This document shows positions 22,971-37,749 of a stretch of 64,000 nt of DNA, piece by piece. Source of the DNA: Stellaceae bacterium (GTDB lineage Bacteria > Pseudomonadota > Alphaproteobacteria > ATCC43930 > CGMCC-115725). The stretch is taken from positions 6,523 to 70,522 of the forward strand of contig DATAUV010000115.1 of the NCBI GenBank assembly GCA_036268075.1. The letters run 5' to 3'. Position numbers and translations under genes: made by a program. The notes under the pieces are model-generated. The model saw only the letters and a program-made list of their open reading frames with translations, did not search any database and had not been told where the DNA came from. The stretch's first letter is position 1, and the number at the start of each line of letters is the position of its first letter.

Positions 22971-22998
22971 TTGCCACTCGCGGCATCGGGGCTATATA
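22971..22998 (+). promoter_or_regulatory. Sigma70-like promoter TTGCCA-16-TATATA facing rimP-nusA-infB
   Basis: ttgcca(22971-22976), 16-nt spacer, tatata(22993-22998). Confidence 0.45.
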
Positions 22999-23015
22999 TG
23001 ACCCAACAACATCAA

Positions 23016-23041
23016 GTGGGCCGCCGGCCCACTTTTTATTT
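23016..23041 (+). terminator. Intrinsic terminator/attenuator in the rimP-nusA leader
   Basis: gtgggcc-gcc-ggcccac (7-bp GC stem, 3-nt loop) followed by tttttattt. About 25 nt before the predicted rimP start. Confidence 0.6.
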
Positions 23042-23065
23042 GCGGCAACCAGAGCGCCACCAGAT

Positions 23066-23554
23066 TTGTCGATCGACCCGAACGCCATTGCCCAAATCAT
23101 CGAGCCCTCGCTCGAAGCGATGGGATATCGTCTCGTCCGCGTCGCCGCCACCGGCCAGCGCGGCGGCAATCTGCAGATCATGGTCGAGCGCATCGACGAG
23201 GCCGGCATGACGGTCGACGATTGCGCCCTGATCAGCCGCTCGGTCTCCGCCCTCCTCGATGTCGCCGACCCGATCGCGGAGCCCTATACCCTTGAGGTCA
23301 GCTCGCCGGGCATCGACCGACCGCTGGTGCGGCCCGAGGATTACGACCGCTATGCCGGGTTTGAAGCCCGCATCGATCTGAACCACCTGCATGACGGCCG
23401 CAAGCGGTTTCGCGGTCGCCTGCTGGGCCGCGTCGACGGCCACATCCGCCTTGGCACCGAAACCGGCGAGGCCTTGCTGCCACTCGACGACGTGGCCCGC
23501 GCCAAGCTTCTGTTGACGGACGATTTGATCGCCGCCGCGGCGAAAACCCACTAG
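23066..23554 (+). CDS. rimP: Ribosome maturation factor RimP
   Basis: IAQIIEPSLEAMGYRLVRV...YTLEVSSPGIDRPL. No ATG in frame, so the TTG at 23066 is assumed as start. Confidence 0.8.
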   Translation: MSIDPNAIAQIIEPSLEAMGYRLVRVAATGQRGGNLQIMVERIDEAGMTVDDCALISRSVSALLDVADPIAEPYTLEVSSPGIDRPLVRPEDYDRYAGFEARIDLNHLHDGRKRFRGRLLGRVDGHIRLGTETGEALLPLDDVARAKLLLTDDLIAAAAKTH

Positions 23555-23570
23555 CGCACGAGAACCGGCC

Positions 23571-25117
<1,547 letters not shown>

Positions 25118-25121
<4 letters not shown>

Positions 25122-25768
25122 AGAGCGACGACGCCCCCCTTCCCGGCGACCCGCATCGCCGCTGCATCGTCACCGGCGAGCTGCACGATCGCGGCGCCTT
25201 GCTGCGCTTTGTCGTGGCGCCGGATGGCGAGCTGGTGCCCGATGTCGCCGCGCGCCTGCCCGGTCGGGGTTTGTGGTTGACGCCGCGCCGGGATATAGTG
25301 GACCGGGCAGTGGCGAAGCGGCTCTTCGCGCGGGCGGCGCGGCGACCGATCTCGGTGCCGCAAGGGTTGGCTGACCGCATCGAGGCATTGCTGGCGCAGC
25401 GTTGCTGCGACGCGTTGGGGCTCGCGCGGCGTGCCGGACAGGCGATCGCCGGCTTTGAGCGGGTTGCCGACGCGGCGCGGCACGGACGGGTGGGGCTTCT
25501 CGTCTTCGCGCTCGACGGCGCCGAAGGCGGGCGCCGCAAGGTCGCCGCGCTGGGGCGCGAAGTGCCTTCGGCCGGCGGCTTGACGGGGGCGGAGTTGGGC
25601 GCGGCATTTGGCCGTGACCGCGTCGCCCATGTCGCGATAGGACCGGGTCCGCTGGCGGACCGGCTGATGACGGATATGCGTCGGATCGCGGGGTTCCGCG
25701 CCGGCGCGACGGTGAACGATTTGACGAGCCCGGCGGTAGCGGGGAACGGCGAGAGGACGGTAGCGTAG
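25118..25768 (+). CDS. ylxR: YlxR/DUF448 RNA-binding protein with L7Ae-like C-terminal extension
   Basis: RRCIVTGE...LLRFVVAPDGELVPD...LPGRGLWL. Sits in the conserved position between nusA and infB. Confidence 0.75.
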
Positions 25769-25771
25769 CGA

Positions 25772-28396
<2,625 letters not shown>

Positions 28397-28404
28397 ACAT
28401 CCAG

Positions 28405-28465
28405 TGGACCGCGGGCGTCCCGCCCGCATCTTCCGCCTATTGCGGGCGGGACGCCCGCGGTCCAC
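28405..28465. repeat. REP-like palindrome, family C (GGACCGCGGGCGTCCCGCCCGC)
   Basis: tggaccgcgggcgtcccgcccgc...gcgggcgggacgcccgcggtcca between infB and rbfA. Other copies at 34531 and 37814. Confidence 0.85.
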
Positions 28466-28474
28466 CTAACGCCC

Positions 28475-28891
28475 ATGCCCCGCAAACACCGCGACCATTC
28501 CGGCCCGCACGAGGCGAGCCAGCGCCAGCTTCGCGTCGGCGAGGAACTGCGCCACGTCCTCGCCGAGCTTCTGCGCCCGGGCGAGCTACGCGATCCCGCG
28601 CTCGCCGACGCCAGCGTCACCGTGACCGAGGTGCGCCTCTCCCCCGACCTCAAGAACGCGACGGCGTTCGTCATGCCCCTCGGCGGCGGCAACATCGACG
28701 AGATTCTCGCCGGCCTCAAACGCAGCGCCCCCTACCTCAAATCCCGCGTCGCCCACACCGTCGCCTTGCGCTACGCGCCGAACCTGGTCTTCGCCCTCGA
28801 TCGCGCCTTCGACAGCGCCGCCCATATCAACGAGCTCCTGTCCCGCCCGGACATCGCCCGCGACCTCGCCCCTCGCTCCGAAGACGAGTGA
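28475..28891 (+). CDS. rbfA: Ribosome-binding factor A
   Basis: 138 aa. QRQLRVGEELRHVLAELL...VTVTEVRLSPDLKNATAFV. Confidence 0.88.
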   Translation: MPRKHRDHSGPHEASQRQLRVGEELRHVLAELLRPGELRDPALADASVTVTEVRLSPDLKNATAFVMPLGGGNIDEILAGLKRSAPYLKSRVAHTVALRYAPNLVFALDRAFDSAAHINELLSRPDIARDLAPRSEDE

Positions 28892-29787
28892 TGGACGGCT
28901 GGCTCGTCGTCGACAAGCCCGAGGGCATCACCTCGAACCGGGCCGTGACGATCGTGCGCCGCGCGACGGGGGCCAAGACCGGGCATGCCGGCACGCTCGA
29001 CCCGTTCGCCAGCGGCATCCTGCCGATCGCGCTCGGCGAGGCGACCAAGACCGTCCGCTTCGCCTCCGAGGGCCGCAAACGCTACCGCTTTACTGTGCGC
29101 TGGGGCGTCGCCACCGATACCGAAGACCGCGAGGGCGCGGTCACCGCCGAGAGCGCCACGCGCCCCACGGGCGACCAGATCGCCGCCGCCCTGCCCCGCC
29201 TTACCGGCACGATCCTCCAGCGCCCGCCGACGTTTTCGGCGCTCAAGGTCGACGGCCGCCGCGCCTACAAGCTCGCCCGCGCCGGCAAGCCGCCCGAGCT
29301 GGCGCCGCGGCCCGTCGACATCGTCGCGCTCGACCTCGTCGGCATCCCCGACCCCGATCATGCCGAGTTCGCCGCCGAGGTCGGCTCCGGCACCTATATC
29401 CGTGCTCTCGCCCGCGACCTCGCCGAGGCGCTGGGTACTGTGGCCCATGTCATCGCGCTTCGCCGCACCCAGGTGGGGCGCTTCACCGAAGCTCTTGCGA
29501 TTTCGCTGGATTTGGTGGCCCTCCTTGGGCATAGTCGCGCCGCTTCCGAGCATCTTTTGCCGCTCGAATTCGTGCTGGACGACATCCCGGCTCTGGTTCT
29601 AACGGCAGACGAAGTCGCTCGATTGCGTCACGGACAGCAGGTGACGCCGCGCGATCCGCGCGAACGGGCGCAGCTCGATCGTCTCGATGAGGGCACGATC
29701 GTCGGCGCGCGGCATGACCAGCTTCTGATCGCCGTGGCGCGAATCGAAAACGGCTGTCTTCGTCCGGTGCGCATCATCAATCGCTAA
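28891..29787 (+). CDS. truB: tRNA pseudouridine55 synthase
   Basis: [16 protein letters not shown]...[15 protein letters not shown]. 1-nt overlap with the rbfA stop. Confidence 0.92.
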   Translation: MDGWLVVDKPEGITSNRAVTIVRRATGAKTGHAGTLDPFASGILPIALGEATKTVRFASEGRKRYRFTVRWGVATDTEDREGAVTAESATRPTGDQIAAALPRLTGTILQRPPTFSALKVDGRRAYKLARAGKPPELAPRPVDIVALDLVGIPDPDHAEFAAEVGSGTYIRALARDLAEALGTVAHVIALRRTQVGRFTEALAISLDLVALLGHSRAASEHLLPLEFVLDDIPALVLTADEVARLRHGQQVTPRDPRERAQLDRLDEGTIVGARHDQLLIAVARIENGCLRPVRIINR

Positions 29788-29801
29788 TAAGGGGTATCCC
29801 G

Positions 29802-30071
29802 ATGTCGATCACCGCCGAGCGCAAGCAGACGCTCATTGGCGAATACGCCACGAAATCCGGCGACACCGGGTCGCCGGAAGTGCAGGTCGCTATACTTTCC
29901 GAGCGAATCCGCAATCTGACCGACCATTTGTCGAGCCACAAGAAAGACTTTCACTCGCGGCGCGGGCTTTTGGTCATGGTCGGACAGCGGCGGCGCTTGC
30001 TCGACTATGTCAAGCGCTCCGACCAGGGGCGCTACGAGACGCTGATCGGCCGGCTCGGGCTGCGGCGTTGA
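29802..30071 (+). CDS. rpsO: 30S ribosomal protein S15
   Basis: 89 aa. [36 protein letters not shown]. Confidence 0.95.
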   Translation: MSITAERKQTLIGEYATKSGDTGSPEVQVAILSERIRNLTDHLSSHKKDFHSRRGLLVMVGQRRRLLDYVKRSDQGRYETLIGRLGLRR

Positions 30072-30106
30072 CCTCTCGGTGAAACACGGCACATTCTCGC
30101 CCGATA

Positions 30107-30128
30107 TCGCCCCGACAGACCGGGGCGA
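30107..30128 (+). terminator. Hairpin after rpsO (partial terminator / processing site)
   Basis: tcgccccg-acagac-cggggcga, an 8-bp stem followed by gttggattgg. A second long imperfect hairpin lies at about 30168-30206 in the pnp leader. Confidence 0.45.
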
Positions 30129-30234
30129 GTTGGATTGGATTGTGCACAAACGCAAATGCAATCGCTGGCGGCACACGGAAGAATCCGCTTCCGCGCGGGC
30201 TGCCGCACGTTTCTACGAAAAAGGATGAATTGGA

Positions 30235-32391
<2,157 letters not shown>

Positions 32392-33132
32392 TTGCAGCGG
32401 CTGGACCTACCGCCGGTCATCGGCCATCGCGGAGCTCGGGCGCATGCGCCCGAGAACACGCTTGCCGGGTTCCGCGAGGCCGCGCGCCTCGGCTGCACGT
32501 GGATCGAGTTCGACGTGCGGCTGACCGGCGACGGCGTGCCGGTGATCTGCCACGACAGCAGGCTGCGCCGCACGACCGACGGGCACGGGATCGTATCCCG
32601 CCTGCCGCTCAAGATGGTGCAGGCCTATGACGCCGGGGGCGGCGAGCCGGTCCCGACCCTCGACGACACGCTGGTCCTGGCGGGCGACCTCGATCTGGGC
32701 GTCAATATCGAGATCAAGGCCGATCGCGGCCTCGCCGCCGCGACTGCCGCGGCCGTCGCGGACAGCCTCGGGCGCCTCGGCGACCGGCCGGCCGGCATCC
32801 TCGTGTCGAGCTTTGTGATCGAGGCGCTGGCCGCGTTCCGCCCCATGCGGCCCGACATCCCGATGGGGCTCCTCCTCGGGCGGCTGCGCGGCGACTGGCG
32901 AAAGCTGGCCGAAAGGCTCGATTGCGCGACGATCAATCTCAATGAGCACCGCGTCACCGCCGAACGTGCCGCCCGCATCACCGATTCCGGTTACCCGCTT
33001 TTGGCCTATACGGTAAACGACCCGTCTCGCGCGCAAACCCTGTACGCCTGGGGTGTAACTTCCGTTTTCTCGGATAACCCCGATATAATCCTCGAATCTG
33101 CCGCACCGGCACGACAGGGAGTCACCGGGTGA
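32392..33132 (+). CDS. Glycerophosphodiester phosphodiesterase family protein
   Basis: VIGHRGARAHAPENTLAGF...IEFDVRLTGDGVPVICHD. TTG start directly after the pnp stop. Confidence 0.8.
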   Translation: MQRLDLPPVIGHRGARAHAPENTLAGFREAARLGCTWIEFDVRLTGDGVPVICHDSRLRRTTDGHGIVSRLPLKMVQAYDAGGGEPVPTLDDTLVLAGDLDLGVNIEIKADRGLAAATAAAVADSLGRLGDRPAGILVSSFVIEALAAFRPMRPDIPMGLLLGRLRGDWRKLAERLDCATINLNEHRVTAERAARITDSGYPLLAYTVNDPSRAQTLYAWGVTSVFSDNPDIILESAAPARQGVTG

Positions 33133-34526
33133 GAACGCTCAACCCGCTACTGGTATCGGGTCGCGAGGTGCTGCCGCTGGTGGAAGGCGGCAAGGGCATC
33201 TCGATCTCGAATGGCGAGAGCTCGGGCGCGTGGGCGTCGTCAGGCGGGGTCGGCACGTTCTCCGGCGTCAACGCCGACAGCCACGGCGAGGGCGGCGAGC
33301 GCATCCCGCAGATCTACCGGGGCCGCACCCGCCGCGAGCGTCACGAGGAGCTGATCGCCTACGCGATCGCCGGCGGCATCGAGCAGGCCAAGGTCGCGTA
33401 TGAGCGCTCGAACGGCCAGGGCCGCATCCACATGAACGTGCTGTGGGAGATGGCCGCCGCCGAGCGCATCCTGCACGGCGTCCTGGAAGGCGCGCGCGGC
33501 CTCATCCACGGCGTCACCTGCGGCGCCGGCATGCCCTACCGCATCGCCGAGATTTGCGCGTCGTACGGCGTCCACTACTACCCGATCGTCTCGTCGGCCC
33601 GCGCCTTCCGGGCGCTGTGGCGGCGCGCCTACCATAAATTTTCCGAATGGCTCGGCGGCGTCGTCTACGAGGACCCGTGGCTCGCCGGCGGGCATAACGG
33701 GCTCTCCAACAGTGAAGACCCCGACCATCCCGAGGAGCCCTATCCGCGCGTCCGCGAGCTGCGCACCCTGATGAGCGAGTTCCAGCTCGACACGACGCCG
33801 ATCTTCATGGCGGGCGGCGTCTGGTGCGTGCGCGAGTGGGAAGACTGGCTCGACAACCCCGAGATCGGCCCGGTCGCGTTCCAGTTCGGCACCCGCCCGC
33901 TATTGACGCAGGAAAGCCCGATCTCCGACGCGTGGAAGCGCCGGTTGCTGACCTTGCAGGAGGGCGATGTCTTCCTCAACCGCTTCAGCCCGACCGGCTT
34001 CTACTCGTCCGCCGTCCGCAACGACTTTCTCAACGAGTTGAAAGAGCGCTCCGATCACCAGGTCGCCTTCGCGGTCGAACCGGTCGGCGAGCATGTCGTC
34101 GGGTTTGGCGTCGGCGCCCGCGCCCGCCTCGTCTACCTGACCCCGCATGACCGCGACTCCGCCGAGCGCTGGGTCGCCGAGGGTTTCACCGAGGCGCTGC
34201 GCACCCCGGATTCGACGCTCATCTTCGTCACCCCGCCAAGGGCTCTCGAAATCCGCAGCGACCAGATCAACTGCATGGGCTGCCTCAGCGCGTGTCTGTT
34301 CTCGAACTGGGCGCAGAACGAGGCCGGCACGACCGGCAAAAAGGCCGACCCGCGCAGCTTCTGCATCCAGAAGACGCTGCAGGCGATCCGTCATTCGGAC
34401 GATGTCGAATTCCAGCTCATGTTCTCCGGCCACAACGCCTACCGGTTCGCCACGGACCCGTTCTACGCCAACGGCTACATCCCGACGGTCAAGGAGCTGA
34501 TCGACCGGCTGCAGGTGGGCGACTGA
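33129..34526 (+). CDS. Nitronate monooxygenase (NMO/2-nitropropane dioxygenase-like) family protein, long form
   Basis: 465 aa with a TIM-barrel FMN oxidoreductase-like pattern (VTCGAGMP...). GTGA overlap with the upstream gene. Confidence 0.6.
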   Translation: MRTLNPLLVSGREVLPLVEGGKGISISNGESSGAWASSGGVGTFSGVNADSHGEGGERIPQIYRGRTRRERHEELIAYAIAGGIEQAKVAYERSNGQGRIHMNVLWEMAAAERILHGVLEGARGLIHGVTCGAGMPYRIAEICASYGVHYYPIVSSARAFRALWRRAYHKFSEWLGGVVYEDPWLAGGHNGLSNSEDPDHPEEPYPRVRELRTLMSEFQLDTTPIFMAGGVWCVREWEDWLDNPEIGPVAFQFGTRPLLTQESPISDAWKRRLLTLQEGDVFLNRFSPTGFYSSAVRNDFLNELKERSDHQVAFAVEPVGEHVVGFGVGARARLVYLTPHDRDSAERWVAEGFTEALRTPDSTLIFVTPPRALEIRSDQINCMGCLSACLFSNWAQNEAGTTGKKADPRSFCIQKTLQAIRHSDDVEFQLMFSGHNAYRFATDPFYANGYIPTVKELIDRLQVGD

Positions 34527-34530
34527 CCTT

Positions 34531-34619
34531 TGGACCGCGGGCGTCCCGCCCGCATCTGTCGTAAGAGCGGGCGTCTCGCCCGCATCTGTCGTAAGAGCGG
34601 GCGGGACGCCCGCGGTCCA
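34531..34619. repeat. REP-like palindrome, family C, with internal 30-bp duplication of the left arm
   Basis: tggaccgcgggcgtcccgcccgcatctgtcgtaagag + cgggcgtctcgcccgcatctgtcgtaagag + cgggcgggacgcccgcggtcca. Confidence 0.85.
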
Positions 34620-34682
34620 AGCTCCGGCCCAACCTCACGCTCCCGCTTTATTTTCTTCCCCTTCGCGCCTATATCTCGGGAC

Positions 34683-35108
34683 ATGGATCGCACCACGACA
34701 TCGGCAACCGCGCTGGGGCGCCTCAGGGCGGTCGGGCTGCGGCCGACGCGGCAGCGCATCGCACTGGCGCGGCTGTTGTTCGAAGGCGCCGACCGCCACG
34801 TCACCGCTGAGCAGTTGCGCGGCGAAGCCGAGGGCGCGGCGATCCCCGTATCGCTGGCGACCGTGTACAACACCCTGCACCAATTCACCGCCGCCGGCCT
34901 CCTGCGCGAGGTCGTGGTCGAGCCGGGCCGGTCGTATTTCGACACCAACGTCGACGACCACCACCATTTCTTCTGCGAAACCAGCGGCATGCTGCAGGAT
35001 ATCCCGGGCGATTCGGTCGCCGTCGGCGCCCTGCCCTCACCGCCGCCCGGCACCGAGATCAGCCGCGTCGACGTGATCATCCGCGTGCGTCGCAACGCGT
35101 CTGTTTAG
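34683..35108 (+). CDS. irr: Iron response regulator Irr (Fur superfamily)
   Basis: GLRPTRQRIALARLLF...HVTAEQL...PVSLATVYNTLHQFTAAGLLREV...YFDTNVDDHHHFFCE closely matches rhizobial Irr, including the HHH motif. Confidence 0.85.
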   Translation: MDRTTTSATALGRLRAVGLRPTRQRIALARLLFEGADRHVTAEQLRGEAEGAAIPVSLATVYNTLHQFTAAGLLREVVVEPGRSYFDTNVDDHHHFFCETSGMLQDIPGDSVAVGALPSPPPGTEISRVDVIIRVRRNASV

Positions 35109-35120
35109 AATAATTCCAAA
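35104..35120. promoter_or_regulatory. Irr box / Iron Control Element TTTAGAATAATTCCAAA
   Basis: Matches 13 of 14 specified positions of TTTAGAA-N3-TTCTAAA. Overlaps the irr stop codon and lies 8 bp upstream of a -35-like hexamer. Confidence 0.65.
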
Positions 35121-35127
35121 AAACTGC

Positions 35128-35156
35128 TTGAATGCCTGCCCGCCGGCCCCTTATAA
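35128..35156 (+). promoter_or_regulatory. Sigma70-like promoter TTGAAT-17-TTATAA for the rubrerythrin gene
   Basis: ttgaat(35128-35133), 17-nt spacer, ttataa(35151-35156). Confidence 0.45.
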
Positions 35157-35212
35157 CAAGAGGGTCGGAAAGGGCGTCCCCCGCGTAGTCGGCCGCCCCA
35201 CCGTTTCAGCTC

Positions 35213-35641
35213 GTGGAGGGAAGGATGGCGGCACTCAAGGGTTCCAAGACCGAAGGCAATCTGAAAGACGCGTTCGCCGGCGAAAGCCAGGCCAACCGGC
35301 GTTATCTCTATTTCGCGCAAAAGGCCGACGTCGAAGGCTACAATGACGTCTCCGCCGTGTTCCGCTCGACCGCGGAAGGCGAGACCGGCCACGCGCACGG
35401 CCACCTCGAATATCTCGAAGAGGTCGGCGACCCGGCCACCGGGCTCCCGATCGGCGAGACCTCGAACAATTTGAAGGCCGCCGTCGCGGGCGAGACGCAC
35501 GAATACACCGATATGTATCCGGGCATGGCGCGCACGGCCCGCGAGGAGGGGTTCGAGGAGATCGCCGACTGGTTCGAGACGTTGGCCAAGGCCGAGCGTT
35601 CGCATGCCGGGCGGTTCCAGCGCGCGCTCGACGGGCTCTGA
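35213..35641 (+). CDS. Rubrerythrin-family diiron protein (no rubredoxin domain)
   Basis: [27 protein letters not shown]...[12 protein letters not shown]...[14 protein letters not shown]...[11 protein letters not shown] (ExxH diiron ligand pairs). Start at 35213 or 35225. Confidence 0.85.
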   Translation: MEGRMAALKGSKTEGNLKDAFAGESQANRRYLYFAQKADVEGYNDVSAVFRSTAEGETGHAHGHLEYLEEVGDPATGLPIGETSNNLKAAVAGETHEYTDMYPGMARTAREEGFEEIADWFETLAKAERSHAGRFQRALDGL

Positions 35642-35701
35642 GCGACCAGCGGCGTCAGCACCGTGGGGGCGCGGAGGGCGAGAGCCTTTCGCGCCTTCCC
35701 T

Positions 35702-35749
35702 GTTTAGAAGAGGCGGCGTTTAGAAGAGGCGGCGTTTAGAAGAGGCGGC
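35702..35749. repeat. Three perfect tandem copies of 16-bp GTTTAGAAGAGGCGGC
   Basis: Read directly: units at 35702-35717, 35718-35733 and 35734-35749. Each contains TTTAGAA, the ICE half-site. Confidence 0.95.
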
Positions 35750-35775
35750 GGCCTCGGGACGGCGGGAGAAGAACA

Positions 35776-37122
35776 ATGCGCGAAGGCAGCCTAGAGGCCC
35801 CGACCCGCCACCCGATCGCGTGGCAGGACCCCGACTTCACCGACCGGGCCAAGACCGAGGCGGAGATGGAGCGGGTATTCGACATCTGCCATACCTGCCG
35901 GCGCTGCTTCAATCTGTGCGATTCGTTCCCGCGCCTCTTCGACCTGATCGACAATTCGAAGACCGGCGAGCTCGATTCGGTCGCGAAATCCGATTACGCC
36001 CCGGTCGCCGATGCCTGCACGCTTTGCGACATGTGCTTTATGACCAAGTGCCCGTATGTGCCGCCGCACGAGTTCAACGTCGATTTCCCCCATCTGATGC
36101 TGCGCTACCGGGCGGTCGAACAGAAGGAAGGCAAGGTGCCCTGGAGCCGCAAAGAGCTCGGCAAGACCGATCGTAACGGCCGCCTCGCGGCGCCTGTCGC
36201 CGGCCTCGCCAACTGGGGCAGCGACGAGCACAACAAGCTGACCCGGCCGATCCTCGAAAAAGTCGCCGGCATCGACCGCAACGCCGCGCTGCCGAAATAT
36301 AACGGCCGCACCTTTATGATGCGCACCAAGCGCAACCCGCCGGCGCGCGATGCCTCCGCCCCGGCCGCGCAGCGCAAGGCGGTGCTCTACGCGACCTGTT
36401 TCGCCAACTACAACAACCCCGGCATCGGCGAGGCGGCCCGCGCGGTGCTGGCCAGGAACGGCGTCGAGACCGAGCCGCTCTATCCGCAATGCTGCAAGAT
36501 GCCCCAGCTCGAGGCCGGCGACCTCGCCGTCGTCGCCAAGGCCGCCCACGAGGTCGCGGCCGAGTTCGGCCCCTGGATCGACAAGGGCTACGACATCGTC
36601 GCCCTCATCCCCTCCTGCGCGCTGATGCTCAAATTCGAGTGGCCGCTGATCGTGCCGGGCGACGAGTCGGTGCTGAAACTGGCCCGTGCGACGTTCGACA
36701 TCAGCGAGTACATCGTCGACATCGCGAAAAAGGAGGGGCTGGCCCCCGGCATGAACGGGCTCGACGGCGACGTGACCCTACACCTTGCCTGCCACGCGCG
36801 GGCGCAGAACATGGGCCCGAAAGCGGCGGAGATGCTGCGGCTGCTGCCCGGCTCCAAAATCCACGTGATCGAGCGCTGCTCCGGCCATGGCGGGTCGTGG
36901 GGCGTGATGAAGGACAATTTCGAGACGGCGATCAAGGTCGGCCGCCCGGTCGCGCGACAGGCGCTGCGCGAGCCGACGCGGTACCTGGCCGCCGAATGCC
37001 CGCTCGCCGGGTTGCACATCAAGCAGGGCATGGAGGCCCTGGCCAAGGACGAGCCCGTCCCCACCCGCTCGCACCATCCGATCGAGCTGCTGGCGCGCGC
37101 CTACGGGCTCACGGAGGGATAG
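35776..37122 (+). CDS. HdrD/GlpC-like (Fe-S)-binding oxidoreductase with CCG domains
   Basis: Ferredoxin-type motifs CHTCRRCFNLC and CTLCDMCFMTKCP, plus Cys-rich CCG-like segments (YPQCCKMP, ERCSGHGG). Confidence 0.75.
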   Translation: MREGSLEAPTRHPIAWQDPDFTDRAKTEAEMERVFDICHTCRRCFNLCDSFPRLFDLIDNSKTGELDSVAKSDYAPVADACTLCDMCFMTKCPYVPPHEFNVDFPHLMLRYRAVEQKEGKVPWSRKELGKTDRNGRLAAPVAGLANWGSDEHNKLTRPILEKVAGIDRNAALPKYNGRTFMMRTKRNPPARDASAPAAQRKAVLYATCFANYNNPGIGEAARAVLARNGVETEPLYPQCCKMPQLEAGDLAVVAKAAHEVAAEFGPWIDKGYDIVALIPSCALMLKFEWPLIVPGDESVLKLARATFDISEYIVDIAKKEGLAPGMNGLDGDVTLHLACHARAQNMGPKAAEMLRLLPGSKIHVIERCSGHGGSWGVMKDNFETAIKVGRPVARQALREPTRYLAAECPLAGLHIKQGMEALAKDEPVPTRSHHPIELLARAYGLTEG

Positions 37123-37125
37123 TAG

Positions 37126-37722
37126 ATGAGGACCAAGACAAGGCGCGAACTGACCCGCGCCGACATCATGCCGATCGCGGAATACGCCGCGGTGCGCCGC
37201 GAGCGCCGCCGCGCGATCACCGAGCTGAAGCGCCAACGCCGCCTCGAAATCGGCCCCTACGCGACATTCTATTTCGAGAATTACGACACGATGTGGCAGC
37301 AGGTGCAGGAGATGCTGTACATCGAAAAAGGCGGTGAATCTCAGATTACAGACGAACTAGAGGCCTATAACCCGCTGATTCCCAACGGTACGGAACTGGT
37401 CGCGACGGTCATGTTCGAGATCGACGAGCCCGGCCGCCGCGCCCGCGAGCTGGGGCGGATCGGCGGCGTCGAAAACTCGGTGTTTATCGATATCGGCGGC
37501 GAGCGCATCGCGGGCGAGGCCGACCCGACCCGCGAAAATACCAGCCCCGACGGCAAGGCCTCGTCTGTCCAGTTTATCCGGTTCCCGTTCTCCCCCGCCC
37601 AGATCGCCGCCTTCCGCGCGACGGGCGCCCGCATCATCGCCGGCTTCGACCACCCGAATTACGGGCACCAGGCGGTGATGCCGGAAGCGGTCAGGGCGGC
37701 GCTGGCTGGGGATTTCGACTGA
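37126..37722 (+). CDS. DUF3501-family protein
   Basis: 198 aa, 4 nt after the Fe-S gene. The pattern YATFYFENYDTMWQQVQEMLYIEK...ELEAYNPLIP is recognised as DUF3501 from memory. Confidence 0.6.
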   Translation: MRTKTRRELTRADIMPIAEYAAVRRERRRAITELKRQRRLEIGPYATFYFENYDTMWQQVQEMLYIEKGGESQITDELEAYNPLIPNGTELVATVMFEIDEPGRRARELGRIGGVENSVFIDIGGERIAGEADPTRENTSPDGKASSVQFIRFPFSPAQIAAFRATGARIIAGFDHPNYGHQAVMPEAVRAALAGDFD

Positions 37723-37749
37723 CCCCACCACCGGTCGCTTCGCACCCGG

